From a virus (Duplodnaviria > Caudoviricetes): a stretch of DNA of 64,000 nt. Below the pieces are notes generated by a model. That model worked only from the letters and a program-made list of their open reading frames with translations, did not search any database and was not told the DNA's origin. The position numbers and the translations under genes were made by a program. The DNA lies in IMG/VR virus record IMGVR_UViG_2933705211_000004, positions 5,884 through 69,883 of that record; one strand, 5' to 3'. The stretch's first letter is position 1; each line of letters starts with the position of its first letter. Shown piece after piece: positions 18,878-28,762 of the stretch.

Positions 18878-21800
18878 GTGCGCCTCCTCGGCGGATACGG
18901 CGCAGCTCGAATAGCGCGTCGTTCAGGGCCTCGCCCGGGGAGATGGGAGCGCCGGTCATCGTCAGGTTCAGATCTCCGCCGACCAGGGCGCCGCCGCCCT
19001 GCGAAGCCAGGGGGCGGGAGACGCTGCTGCGGACGCCGCTCTGGCCCAGGGACATCGCGCCGTTGGCGTACTGCCGCAGGGCGCGATCGGGATAGACGAC
19101 CGTCCCGCCGAAGTACCGTGCGACCCACGCGAGGATCTCCTCGGACCGTCTCCTCTTCGAGCTGGCCAGCGGGATATACGCCTCGCCGTCGGTCTCGGGC
19201 TCGGCCCACAGCCGCATCTCGCCCGCCCGGGCAACCTGGGCGATGTGCTGTTCGGCGCCATTCGCGAAGGCCCGAACGCGGCCAGTCATACGGCGGATGC
19301 CTCCGTCGGCAAACTTCACGATCCCGCCGTCCGCGTGCTCGGACACGTACGGGGTGCCCAGCGTCGAGTACCGGATGACGACGTTCACTTCCTTGCCGGT
19401 CAGGCTGTTGATCTTGCTCTGGATGTCCTGGACCTGCTGCAGAGGGGTGCCGGTAGGGGCGGTGATCCGGACGGTCTTGCCGCCGCTGTCGACGTTCTGG
19501 ATCTTGTATCCGAGGTCCTTCAGGGCGTCCTGCGCCGTCGCGGTGGGCGCGGTCACCGCGATTTCCTTGCCCTTCATCGCCGCGACCTGGTTCTGGATGG
19601 AAGACAGATCCCCGACGGCCTGGTTGATGATCGCGGTGACCGTGACGTCCTTCTTGTTCGGGGCGTTCGCAATATCCGCGGCGAGCGCCCCGATGTCAGC
19701 GCGGGCACCCCCAGTCGGCGCGGTGATCGAGACGTTCTTCCCGCCCGGCAGGGCCGTGACGGTGAATCCGAGCGCCTCGATCTGGGCGCGCGCGTCGGCG
19801 GTCGGAGCCGTGACAGTGATGCTCTGTCCTTTGCCGAGGCCTTCGAGCTGGCCCCGCAGACTCAGGAACCCCGCGGTCGCCTCTGGAATGCCCTGAGTCG
19901 TCATGAGCGTGGTGATCGTGGCCGGGATGAACCCCATCTGATCAGCCAACGCCTTGGCCTCGGTGGCGTTCAGCCCCATGCCCTGAGCGAGCGCGATCGC
20001 CTTGGCGCGGGCGTTCTCCATCGCGCCCTGACTCTTCTGCATCGCCTCCGACATCGGCATGAGGCCCTGCTCGGCAGCTTCCTGGGCGCGGGTCGCCACC
20101 CCCAGCATCGAGTTCCGCAGGTCGGTGAGCTGGGAGTTCAGGTTCTGACCGTTGCGGGTGGCGGTATTGACGAAGCCGTCGCTGTCCACGAGGGCCTTGC
20201 CCCAGCCCTGCGCCTTGTCGATGGAGCCGGCCAGGGTGTCGTCGATGGTCAGCATCTGCTGGTTGAGCCGGGCGGTGGCGTCGTGGAACGACTCGGTGTT
20301 GCCGGTCAGCGCGTCCATCGCCCGCTTCAGGGACTCGACGCGCTCGTCTGCGCTCTTGGTCTTGTCGCTGAAGCCCTGGACGGCGGCCTGGAGCCGGTCG
20401 TACGCGCCCGTGCCAGTGGACCCCGACTTGTTGACGGCGTCGGCCAACTCCTTCTGCTTAGCCTGACCTTTCTCCAGCTCGCCGCGCACAGTGGACAAGG
20501 CCTCCTTGGCGCGGATCGCGGCCAGGCCTTCGTCATCCCATACCTGTACTCCGTATGCGGTTTCTTTGGCTGAACGCCTGTGGCTGTCGGCGGTGGCCTG
20601 GAGCTGCTTCTCCAGGTCCTTCAACGTGACGCCCTGCCCGAGGTAGGCATTCGTCAGGGTGCCCAGCGTCACGCCCGCCGTGCGCATCCTGTCGACCAAC
20701 TTGCCCTTGCCGTTGGCGAGTTCCGTCTCCTGAAGGATCTGCGCCGCCTGGGCGCGGACGTTGGCGTCGATCACGCCGCCGGACGCGGACAAGGCCTGGG
20801 AGAGGGAGTTGACCCGCTCCTTGTGTGCCTGCGTGGCGCGGGCGGCGGCTTCTTGGCGGGTGGCCAGGAAGCCAAGAGCGAGCGTGACCCCGGTGATGGC
20901 GATACCGAGGGGGCCGCCAAGCGCGGCGACCATGCCACCCGCCGCATTGGAGACGACCCTGTTCGCTGCGCCGATACCGCGCAGGGTGCCGGTCAGGCGG
21001 CCCCCGTCTGCTGCCGCTCCCCGGTACGCGGCCCCCATGCGCTGCCATGTCGTGATGTGCGGGCCCATCACTCCGGGTCCCAGCTCGCCCCGCATGGTGG
21101 TACCGAGGGAGTTGAAAGACGTTCTCGCCGTGGAGACGGAGGAGACCGCCGATGCGCCGAAGGTGCGCAGCATCCCGGTGACCATGGTGATCACCTTGAG
21201 CGCGAGCATCGTGCCGAGGAGCGTGGACAGAGCGGTGTTGGCGCCCGGCACCACTCTCATGAGCTGGTTGAAGCCGGAGAGCAGGCCATTGAAGACAGTG
21301 AGCAGGAAGCCAAGGCCCGTCCCGGCTCCGGCGAGGTTGGCGAAGGCGGTCGCCAGGTTCGAGACGACGGCGACGACCGCAGGGCCGATCGACTGGCCGA
21401 TGGCGGTGAAGACCGAGCCGAGGGCCGGCATCAGCTGGGTGCGGATCTGCCGGATCAGATCGGTGATCCCACCGTCCTTGGCGGCGCGCCCGAGCCCGCG
21501 TACGAAGTCCCCGACGAGCGCGTTCAGTTCATGGAAGCTGCCGGACGCGTCGCTGAAGAACTGCTTCATCGCGTTCTGGCCAACCTTGCTGTTGGCCCAG
21601 CGATTGAAGCGGGTCATCGTGCCCTCGAACCCGTCGAGGAGCGCGTTGCCGGAGTCCTGGGCTGCGCGGCCGACGCCGCCCAGCCCCTTGACCAGGTCGC
21701 GGGTCGAGCGGCCTAGCTGCTTCGCCTTCGTGCCCGCGTGGTCGAGGAAGCGCGCGAGCGACCCAGTCTCCCGCCCGGCCGCCACGGAGGCCCGCGTCCA

Positions 21801-22916
21801 CTGCGCGAACCGCTCGACTCCCTTGCCGACCCGTTCGGTGAACGGGCCGGAGGCCACCATGAAGTCGAGGGTGGCCCGGCCCAGACTCCCCATTGAGCGG
21901 GTGACACTGCCGAGGACCTTGGAGCTGGTACCGGCAACCGTCTGGAAGTCCCGGCGGAAGGGGCCGGTCTGCATGAACTCGGCGCCCCGCTTGACGAGGT
22001 TGCCCATCTGCCCGGCGGCATCGCCGAGGCTCGACGACAGGAGCGGGAACACCACCTTCGCGGCGGGCTTGACCTCCCCGACCAACTTGGAGAAGAAACG
22101 TTCCTGCACACCCTTGCGAACGCCCCGCCAGGCATCGCCGAGACCGACCACGTCCCGCGCGACCTTGCGGGCCGACGGGGACAACTCGTCGAGAGACTGC
22201 TTGAGCTGCGCCTGCTGGGACTTGGTGAGCTTGCCGCCGGCCGCAAGCGTCTGCTCCGCCTTGGCAGAGTTCTTCACCGCGTCCGTGAAGCCGCGGAACG
22301 CGAGGATCGTGCCGAACGCCGCGGTACCCGTGGCCGCGATCAGGCCGGGTATTGCGCCGAGCACGCCAACCGCTGGGGCCGCCGCGGACACCAGGGCGGT
22401 CAGCCCGGCGCCGTACTGGACGAGGGCGCCGACGGCAGGCTGGAGGACCGAGACGAGGGACCCGATGCCCAGCATGCGGATCACGCCGCGGCCCCGCCGG
22501 GGCATGCGCATCTGCACCGGCACGCTGACCGGGTTGCGGTCGGCTTCGTCCTGGGCCCCTCCGATCAGGCCACGCAGGCGGGACCGCAACCCGCCGCCAC
22601 GGGCATTGTCGCCGTCCGGGCGTACCGGGATCCGGACGTCCGTGCTGGCGAGGCGGCGCGCCATCGCGTCAACCTCGGCGCGGAACCGGTCCTTGCCGTC
22701 GACCTTGACCTTGATCTTGGCACTGACGCCCTTGGACGCCTCCTTGACGGCCGCCTCAAGCTTGTTGCGGAGGTCCTTGGCGGAGACCTTGACCTTGACC
22801 TTGACGGCCAGCCCCGCGGCGGCATCCTCGACCTTGGTGCGGAGCTCGCGCACGAACCCGGCGAGGTCGGCGACGACCGGCACGTCAAGCCGGCCAGCCT
22901 GCAGGCCCTCAGCCAC
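18867..22916 (-). CDS. tape measure protein (1349 aa)
   Basis: Ala/Gly-rich helical repeats; C-terminal ADGG and WAEPETDGEAYIPL; follows the chaperone. Confidence 0.9.
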   Translation of the reverse strand: MAEGLQAGRLDVPVVADLAGFVRELRTKVEDAAAGLAVKVKVKVSAKDLRNKLEAAVKEASKGVSAKIKVKVDGKDRFRAEVDAMARRLASTDVRIPVRPDGDNARGGGLRSRLRGLIGGAQDEADRNPVSVPVQMRMPRRGRGVIRMLGIGSLVSVLQPAVGALVQYGAGLTALVSAAAPAVGVLGAIPGLIAATGTAAFGTILAFRGFTDAVKNSAKAEQTLAAGGKLTKSQQAQLKQSLDELSPSARKVARDVVGLGDAWRGVRKGVQERFFSKLVGEVKPAAKVVFPLLSSSLGDAAGQMGNLVKRGAEFMQTGPFRRDFQTVAGTSSKVLGSVTRSMGSLGRATLDFMVASGPFTERVGKGVERFAQWTRASVAAGRETGSLARFLDHAGTKAKQLGRSTRDLVKGLGGVGRAAQDSGNALLDGFEGTMTRFNRWANSKVGQNAMKQFFSDASGSFHELNALVGDFVRGLGRAAKDGGITDLIRQIRTQLMPALGSVFTAIGQSIGPAVVAVVSNLATAFANLAGAGTGLGFLLTVFNGLLSGFNQLMRVVPGANTALSTLLGTMLALKVITMVTGMLRTFGASAVSSVSTARTSFNSLGTTMRGELGPGVMGPHITTWQRMGAAYRGAAADGGRLTGTLRGIGAANRVVSNAAGGMVAALGGPLGIAITGVTLALGFLATRQEAAARATQAHKERVNSLSQALSASGGVIDANVRAQAAQILQETELANGKGKLVDRMRTAGVTLGTLTNAYLGQGVTLKDLEKQLQATADSHRRSAKETAYGVQVWDDEGLAAIRAKEALSTVRGELEKGQAKQKELADAVNKSGSTGTGAYDRLQAAVQGFSDKTKSADERVESLKRAMDALTGNTESFHDATARLNQQMLTIDDTLAGSIDKAQGWGKALVDSDGFVNTATRNGQNLNSQLTDLRNSMLGVATRAQEAAEQGLMPMSEAMQKSQGAMENARAKAIALAQGMGLNATEAKALADQMGFIPATITTLMTTQGIPEATAGFLSLRGQLEGLGKGQSITVTAPTADARAQIEALGFTVTALPGGKNVSITAPTGGARADIGALAADIANAPNKKDVTVTAIINQAVGDLSSIQNQVAAMKGKEIAVTAPTATAQDALKDLGYKIQNVDSGGKTVRITAPTGTPLQQVQDIQSKINSLTGKEVNVVIRYSTLGTPYVSEHADGGIVKFADGGIRRMTGRVRAFANGAEQHIAQVARAGEMRLWAEPETDGEAYIPLASSKRRRSEEILAWVARYFGGTVVYPDRALRQYANGAMSLGQSGVRSSVSRPLASQGGGALVGGDLNLTMTGAPISPGEALNDALFELRRIRRGGAHAV

Positions 22917-23337
22917 TGCGGACCATTCCTCTCTGCATCGCGGCCGCGAGCATCTGCCGGTGCCCCGTGGATGGTGGGGCGGGCTGCGGCTGCGAGCCGG
23001 GCCGCCGGGGTGCGGCAGTCGCGGCCGAGTTGTACGGGCGAGGGATGGACTTGGGGGCATCACGTCGCCGGTCGGCGGCCAGAATGCTGATCTCCTCGAT
23101 CAGCTGCGCCAGGAGTTCCGTTTGTACGGTCCACCCGTCGACGGGGGCGGACTTGACTCGGGATTCCTCGGGGAGGCCGTCGATCAGGACGATCAGACGC
23201 CTCAGTCCGATGAAGCCGGGCTCTCCTGGCTCGCGCCAGATTCCTCGGGCGTCGAGCCCGTGGTGGAAGCGGCTGAGGTCGGACTCGACGTCTCCCCACT
23301 GTTCGCGGAGGAGCCGCCCAGTCCGAAGAGCTTTCCC
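22909..23337 (-). CDS. tail assembly chaperone -1 frameshift extension (gpGT-like)
   Basis: Slippery GGGAAAG at 23331-23337. The -1 frame reads ...WGDVESDLSRFHH...LIVLIDGLPEES...PRP...SG* and its stop overlaps the tape measure start. Confidence 0.8.
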   Translation of the reverse strand, partial: GKALRTGRLLREQWGDVESDLSRFHHGLDARGIWREPGEPGFIGLRRLIVLIDGLPEESRVKSAPVDGWTVQTELLAQLIEEISILAADRRRDAPKSIPRPYNSAATAAPRRPGSQPQPAPPSTGHRQMLAAAMQRGMVRSG

Positions 23338-23720
23338 AGGTCGACTCCGTAGACCTTGGCCAGGCCGATCGTGAGGCGGACGTAGTCCGGGAAGGAGGGG
23401 GCCAGGTCCGCGAACCGCTGGTACTCCTCGTCGCCGAGGAGGGAGCGGTGGATGTCGTAGATCGCGTCGACGAACTGGCGCGGCAGCTTGGGCCGCTTGA
23501 AGGCGAGTTCGATGACGGTGGCGGCCGTCGGGTTCTCGGTGGCGGCGAAGATGTCGCCGAGCAGGCCGATGAGGTCCAGGTCGTCGGAGAGCAGCGGGTC
23601 CAAGGATGCGGCCGGCAGCTCGGCGGGGAAGAGGAACTGTTCGCCGCGCAGCAGGACGGGAATCCCGTTGGGGTACTGGACTTCGCGGCGCTCGGCATCC
23701 AGGTCGATGACGAAGGACAT
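23202..23720 (-). CDS. tail assembly chaperone (gpG-like)
   Basis: Between major tail and tape measure; contains DLGK slippery site. Confidence 0.8.
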   Translation of the reverse strand: MSFVIDLDAERREVQYPNGIPVLLRGEQFLFPAELPAASLDPLLSDDLDLIGLLGDIFAATENPTAATVIELAFKRPKLPRQFVDAIYDIHRSLLGDEEYQRFADLAPSFPDYVRLTIGLAKVYGVDLGKLFGLGGSSANSGETSSPTSAASTTGSTPEESGASQESPASSD

Positions 23721-23775
23721 GGCAGGCGGACCTCTCGTGTATGCGGGCTGAGTCGCGGGGTGCGGCAGCGCGCGG

Positions 23776-23805
23776 ACACTGGCAGGCGCAGGCGCCTTGT
23801 GTCGC
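23776..23805 (-). promoter_or_regulatory. late promoter motif (chaperone)
   Basis: GCGACAC-N17-CAGTGT. Confidence 0.7.
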
Positions 23806-23823
23806 ACGCTGCCGCGCGAGGGG

Positions 23824-24423
23824 TCAGCCGCCGGCCGGGGGTGCGGGCGGCGCGAACGCGTTGTCGTCGGTGATCACGTACCAGGCGTCGGTGTCGTCAC
23901 CGCCCTGCACCGCGAGCCGCAACGGCAGCACGGCCTCCTTGGTCTTGGCGAGTTCGGTGTTCACGCCTTCCATCTGCATGCAGCGCGGCACCATGTACCG
24001 GTAGTGCTTGCCGCCGTCGACGACCTCAATGCACGCGGCGATCTCGGTGCGGCTACCGATCCTGGGCGGCACGAATTTGAAGTGCTTCTTGGTGTCGGCG
24101 GCGGTGACCGTGGTGATCTCTCCGCCGCCGTACACCGCCTGGAAGTTGGGCCCGGACCACTGCTGAAGATCGACCTCGATCGTCGACGCGTCCTGGGTTT
24201 GGAAGGTGCGGGTCGGGAACGAGGACTGGGCCGAGCGAACCTGCTCGAAGTTCGGCTCGTTGTTGAACTTGAGCGAGTCCTCGGTGGTCAGGCCCACGGA
24301 TCGCCAGCCCGATGGCATGACGACGGTGGCGTCGGCCGGCGCGGTCGTGCCGACGGCGGCCAGCCACACGCGAGTGAGTGACGGAATGACAATTTCGTTG
24401 CTGTTGGCGCTCTCGCCTGCCAT
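23824..24423 (-). CDS. major tail (tube) protein
   Basis: AAVGTTAP...WRSVGLTTEDSL motif; position in module. Confidence 0.85.
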   Translation of the reverse strand: MAGESANSNEIVIPSLTRVWLAAVGTTAPADATVVMPSGWRSVGLTTEDSLKFNNEPNFEQVRSAQSSFPTRTFQTQDASTIEVDLQQWSGPNFQAVYGGGEITTVTAADTKKHFKFVPPRIGSRTEIAACIEVVDGGKHYRYMVPRCMQMEGVNTELAKTKEAVLPLRLAVQGGDDTDAWYVITDDNAFAPPAPPAGG

Positions 24424-24461
24424 GGCGGCTTCTCCCTGGGGTCCAGTGATCGACTAGCTGA

Positions 24462-24491
24462 ACCATGGGGAGAGCACGTCGTTAGCGTCGC
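24462..24491 (-). promoter_or_regulatory. late promoter motif (major tail)
   Basis: GCGACGC-N17-CATGGT. Confidence 0.7.
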
Positions 24492-24495
24492 GTCC

Positions 24496-24924
24496 TCACG
24501 GGTGAAGGGTCACCAGCAGGCCGAGGAGCCAGCGCGGTTGCCCGTCGACGAGCGGTGACCACACGAGCGTTCCGGATGGGCGGATGCCGCTGATGATGGG
24601 CTTCCCGGGAGCCGAGGGCGCCTCGACGATCTCCGTGGCCGCGGCCGCACACACCAGGAGGATGCGCCGCAGCTCGGCTTGGCCCGGCCAGCCGCCAGGA
24701 TCGCCGTACACCTCCAGCGTCACCTCCGGCGTGGTGGCCCACGTGAGGTCACGGAGATCACCGCCGGGGCCGTGGGCGACGCGTAGGTGGGGCCACGGTG
24801 CTTCGGCGATGCCGGAGACCCGGCCGGGCCCGCCGAGGGCGTCGGCGGTCCTCGGATGTGTCCGGAGCCAAGCGAGGACCGCCGAGACCGGATCAGCGTC
24901 GGCGAGTTGATAAGGACCGGTCAT
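24496..24924 (-). CDS. tail terminator-like protein
   Basis: Directly upstream of major tail; PHLRV...PGG...VTLEVYG. Confidence 0.65.
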   Translation of the reverse strand: MTGPYQLADADPVSAVLAWLRTHPRTADALGGPGRVSGIAEAPWPHLRVAHGPGGDLRDLTWATTPEVTLEVYGDPGGWPGQAELRRILLVCAAAATEIVEAPSAPGKPIISGIRPSGTLVWSPLVDGQPRWLLGLLVTLHP

Positions 24925-25148
24925 CAGGAGCGGGCCACATAGCCCTGACGACGCAGTCGCCGCGCATAGTCGCTGGGGACGCGGACCTTCGAACCTGGCA
25001 CAAAGTCGGCGCCCTCGATGCGCAGATGATGCGAGAGGACGATGGACTCCATCGGTTCGAGGATGTTGGCAGAGGGGACGTTCAAGATCTTCTCCTCGGC
25101 CGCTTCCTGGGCATCGGACGTCTTGGCGGTGGTGTTCTTCGTGGTCAT
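24924..25148 (-). CDS. small virion-module protein
   Basis: Leaderless ATG 7 nt from the late promoter -10; PGSKVRV...ARRL...GY motif. Confidence 0.65.
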   Translation of the reverse strand: MTTKNTTAKTSDAQEAAEEKILNVPSANILEPMESIVLSHHLRIEGADFVPGSKVRVPSDYARRLRRQGYVARS

Positions 25149-25444
25149 GGCGCGCACTGTGCGGGCCTGCCCGGCTTATGTCGCGTCGTGCGCGAAGCCT
25201 TGAGCAGTTGACCCTCGCGTTGACCGGAAAGTTTGGCCACCTGGAGCTGCTCGCGCCGAATAGACGGCTAGGGCGCGGCTAGGGCCTGGCCGAGGGGTCT
25301 GGGTAGATCTGTTGCACGGGCCTTGGTTCGCATGTGCGAGGGCATGGCGACTCAGCCATGGGGGCGTGTTCGACGCGGGCTGTACGTCGCGGGGCGTTGA
25401 GTGGATCATGAGGCGTCATGTGCAGTCAGTTAGGGAGGTCAGGT

Positions 25445-26296
25445 ATGGGTTCGGTCGGTAGTCTCGGGGCGCCATCAGACACTTTGGCGAAGATCAGGGA
25501 CACGGGGTACATACAGATCGGGCATCGGGAAGGACTGTTCCCTCTCGGGTACTACGACCAGATGGGCCAGCCGGTCGGCTACGCGATCGACTTGGCGCTA
25601 CGGGTGGTGGAGGCGGCGAAGGCCGAGCTGGGCATCCCTGAGCTGAAGGTCCGCTATGTCCCAGCGACCCCGCAGAATCGAGTACAGCTGGTACAAAAGG
25701 GCATGGTGGACCTTGAGGCGGGATTGACCGCTCACACCATCGAGCGGGCGCAGCACGTTGACTTCTCCACCACGGCCCTGCTCTCTGATGTGCGTCTTCT
25801 GACCCGAGTCGACTCCCCGGTCAGCGACTGGTCAGAACTCAAAGGCACGGCTGTCGTGACCACGGCCGGGACAATGGGCGAGAGTGAAGCCAGGAGCCTG
25901 AACGACAAGCAGGGCCTGGGCATGACGATCATCGCTGCAAAGGACGCCCCTGGTGCGTTCCAGATGCTGGAGGGCGGTCGCGTCGTTGCGTGCATTGGCC
26001 GCGACGCCGTTCTGGCCGGCATGGCCCTCCGCGCCCGGCAGCCCCAGTCCTGGCGCGTCGTCGGCACGCCTCGGGCACGCGGGGCCATGGCCCTGAGCAT
26101 GCGCAAGCGTGACGACCAGTTCGGCATGCTGGTCAACCGCACTATCGCGGACCTCCAGCTCTCCGGCGAGGCCGAGAAGCTCTACAACAAGTGGTTCGCT
26201 TCGCCGTTGCCACCCAAGGGCCGCAGCCTCGACCTGCCCCTCAGTGACGAGATGCGGAAGCTGTACGCCGAACCCAACAGCACTCCACTCACCTGA
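25445..26296 (+). CDS. GltI-like glutamate/aspartate solute-binding protein without signal peptide (moron)
   Basis: TLAKIRDTG..IGHRE, TPQNR, IIAAKD, SGEAEKLYNKWF..PLPPK, LSDEM....EPN follow enterobacterial GltI closely. Confidence 0.85.
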   Translation: MGSVGSLGAPSDTLAKIRDTGYIQIGHREGLFPLGYYDQMGQPVGYAIDLALRVVEAAKAELGIPELKVRYVPATPQNRVQLVQKGMVDLEAGLTAHTIERAQHVDFSTTALLSDVRLLTRVDSPVSDWSELKGTAVVTTAGTMGESEARSLNDKQGLGMTIIAAKDAPGAFQMLEGGRVVACIGRDAVLAGMALRARQPQSWRVVGTPRARGAMALSMRKRDDQFGMLVNRTIADLQLSGEAEKLYNKWFASPLPPKGRSLDLPLSDEMRKLYAEPNSTPLT

Positions 26297-26411
26297 CCCC
26301 GACGTCCAAGCAGTTCCACCGCCTCAAGAACCGTCCGGCGGATATGAAACGATCCGCCGATGGGCCAACCGTTGCGACTCGTCCGGCACAGGCCCTAAGG
26401 CAGGCCCGGGC

Positions 26412-26942
26412 TCATCGGCGGGCGGCGACGATCGCAGTGGCCCTAGCCATGAAGTGGGCGCCGTCCACAGCGAGGTTGCCGGGATAGACGGTGCCGACTT
26501 CGGCTTCGACGACCATCGGCCCGCGGACGGTGACGGTCACGGTGACCTTCTTACCGGCGATGATCGGCTGTCCGGTGGTGATGTTTCGAGCGATGCCCTG
26601 GGGGTCGACCGTCGTCGTGCACCGGCAGTTTTTCAAGTTGGCGACGGCGCGGGATGACTGGTCGCGGGGCTGGAGCATGTACGTGCTCTGGCCCGCACCA
26701 CGGTGCCGGCGGTCCCAGTCCATGGAGTTGACGGTGAACCGCAGGTTGCCCGGCACGATCTGCCCTTGTGCTGCGGCGTGGGTCGGGCGGACCTGCTCGT
26801 CGGCTACGGTGATCCACCGCTTGGTGGGCGGCGCGAGCCGCTTCGCCTCGACTTCCACCTGGTGGGCGATGCGCTGCACGTGCGGCGCGATCATTTGCAG
26901 GAGCAGCGACTCCAGGGCGGGGTTGGGGGTGAACTTCGCCAA
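26412..26942 (-). CDS. HK97 gp10-like neck/tail-completion protein with MuF-like insert
   Basis: EAKRLAP ... EAEVGT ... HFMARA frame enclosing KRWITVADEQVRPTH...NCRC. Confidence 0.6.
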   Translation of the reverse strand: MAKFTPNPALESLLLQMIAPHVQRIAHQVEVEAKRLAPPTKRWITVADEQVRPTHAAAQGQIVPGNLRFTVNSMDWDRRHRGAGQSTYMLQPRDQSSRAVANLKNCRCTTTVDPQGIARNITTGQPIIAGKKVTVTVTVRGPMVVEAEVGTVYPGNLAVDGAHFMARATAIVAARR

Positions 26943-26943
26943 C

Positions 26944-27276
26944 TCAGGGGACTTCCACCGGGTTTCGGGTTGCGGTGACCTGTATGTAGTCGACTGCCGG
27001 GCAGTCGGGCACGCGGTGGATGCGGGCGGTAGTGACGGTCCAAGACGTGCCCGTTTCGTCGCTGACGGTGTCGCCGGGCTTCATCGGCCAGGCGGCCGGG
27101 TCGAGGCGTAGGGACCATGTGCCGTCGGGCTGCTCTTGAGCCGCGCCGGGCCAGGTACCGCGAGGCTCGGGGCGGCGGGTGGGATCCGGTGGGACAGGAA
27201 CGCCGTTGTCGTCCCTGTCCCAAGGGTGTTCGAGGACGCAGAGCGTCAGGCGACGGTTCGGCAGAACGACGGCCAT
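26944..27276 (-). CDS. head-tail stopper-like protein
   Basis: RDDNGVP, PGDTV motifs; neck position. Confidence 0.6.
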   Translation of the reverse strand: MAVVLPNRRLTLCVLEHPWDRDDNGVPVPPDPTRRPEPRGTWPGAAQEQPDGTWSLRLDPAAWPMKPGDTVSDETGTSWTVTTARIHRVPDCPAVDYIQVTATRNPVEVP

Positions 27277-27279
27277 CGT

Positions 27280-28137
27280 TCAGCGCCAGCCTGCTCGGTT
27301 GGACGAGTACGGCCACGGGGCGCGGTGAGGGGCCACAACCCGCTGGAACGTCAGCCGACGCAGCCGCTTGAGGGAGTCGATTGTGGGCAGGGCCCCGGCC
27401 TGGCCGGTCTGTGGGGCCGTCTCGTAGGACACGGACTGGCCTTCGGCGCTCACCGAGGACACTCGTCGGCCTCCACCGTCGTGGTCCGGACGCTGCCGGA
27501 TCGACTCGGCGGCGTGCGCGACGACGTAGCGGACGAGTGGTTCCTCCTGGGCGCCGTTCAGTCCGACGAGGAGGTCCACGTCGTACGTGCCATCGGCGTT
27601 GGCGCGGTAGGTGATGACCTCGGCGAGATCGTCGGGGCCGGCAGGCCAGGCGTCGATCTCGTCGAGTGGCTGCGCCCAGCGCGGGGTGACGGCCCGCAGG
27701 GTGGTCACGCGCGGGATCACGGGGCGGTTGAGGTAGGCGGCGACGTCGGCCTGGGCGTCGCGCAGAGCCTGTTCGTACGCGGCGCGCTGGGCAGAGGTGA
27801 GGGGGAGGGGGACGCCGAGTGCATCGGCAACGGATTCCGGCGACCCGATCAGGCCCTGCCCGAGTGGCAGGTCGAGGCGCACGGAGGTGTCCGTGACCGA
27901 CTGCTCGCCCGCGCTGGGGGTGAAGGTGACCGTGCCCCAGTAGCGCCCCGGCGCGAGTGTGGGAAGGGTGAACCGGTATACGCCGGGGCGGAGCCGGACG
28001 GCGGGGGTGGCCGAGGTGACGACCGTTCCGTTGCGCTCGGGGGTTGCGTACAGGTCGAGTCGTGTCACCTCGCCTCCGGCCAGGGCGGGGTCGTAGTGCG
28101 CCCCGGCCCACGTGGGTTGGTGGTCGTAGACGGACAC
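27280..28137 (-). CDS. head-tail adaptor with N-terminal Ig-like extension
   Basis: AQADVAAYLNRP and VSSVSAEGQSVSY adaptor motifs; GGAGG RBS. Confidence 0.7.
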   Translation of the reverse strand: MSVYDHQPTWAGAHYDPALAGGEVTRLDLYATPERNGTVVTSATPAVRLRPGVYRFTLPTLAPGRYWGTVTFTPSAGEQSVTDTSVRLDLPLGQGLIGSPESVADALGVPLPLTSAQRAAYEQALRDAQADVAAYLNRPVIPRVTTLRAVTPRWAQPLDEIDAWPAGPDDLAEVITYRANADGTYDVDLLVGLNGAQEEPLVRYVVAHAAESIRQRPDHDGGGRRVSSVSAEGQSVSYETAPQTGQAGALPTIDSLKRLRRLTFQRVVAPHRAPWPYSSNRAGWR

Positions 28138-28151
28138 CCGTATGCCTCCTC

Positions 28152-28619
28152 TTACTGGTTGCTGTCGGCAGTGCGTGCGGCCTGGGCGGCGAGCCGTTCC
28201 GTGATGCGGGTGGCGATGTGCTCGGAGACCGAGGCGCCCTTGGGCTGAAGCAGGCGAACGACGGGGGTGCGGTGCGGGCCAAGGAAGGTTCGCTCCACCA
28301 GGCGGACGGTGCACTGGAGGGTGGAACCGTAGGGGGTGAGCGGCACGAATACGGCGTCGAGGTCGGCCGGCGGTTGCCCGGTGGAGTCGTCGAGGATGAC
28401 GTCGGACAAGTGGTCCCCGTCCGGGATGACCTCGGTCGGCGTCACATACAGGCTGGGGGCGGGTGGTTCAGGTGCCTCGTCGACGCGCGGCGGCTCCAGT
28501 GGAGCGGCGTCGGGTGCGGCTGGGGTCTTGTCGGCATCGAGGGCGGGGACGGCCGCCTCTGTCTCGGGGGTGTCCTGAGCCTTGGTGGCTGTGGCCTTAC
28601 GGGTGCGGGTGGCGGCCAT
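28152..28619 (-). CDS. phage hypothetical protein
   Basis: AAGGAG RBS; late promoter upstream. Confidence 0.75.
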   Translation of the reverse strand: MAATRTRKATATKAQDTPETEAAVPALDADKTPAAPDAAPLEPPRVDEAPEPPAPSLYVTPTEVIPDGDHLSDVILDDSTGQPPADLDAVFVPLTPYGSTLQCTVRLVERTFLGPHRTPVVRLLQPKGASVSEHIATRITERLAAQAARTADSNQ

Positions 28620-28762
28620 GTGGTGGCTCCTTGAGCAGTGTGGGTCTGGTCGCGCGCACCCTGTACACGGGGCCGGGTTTGTGTCGTGCGATGCGCTCGG
28701 GTGGTGGGATGGGCGGGCTTGGGGGCGCCGTATTGCAGCTGAGGCGCCCCCGGCGCGGCGTA

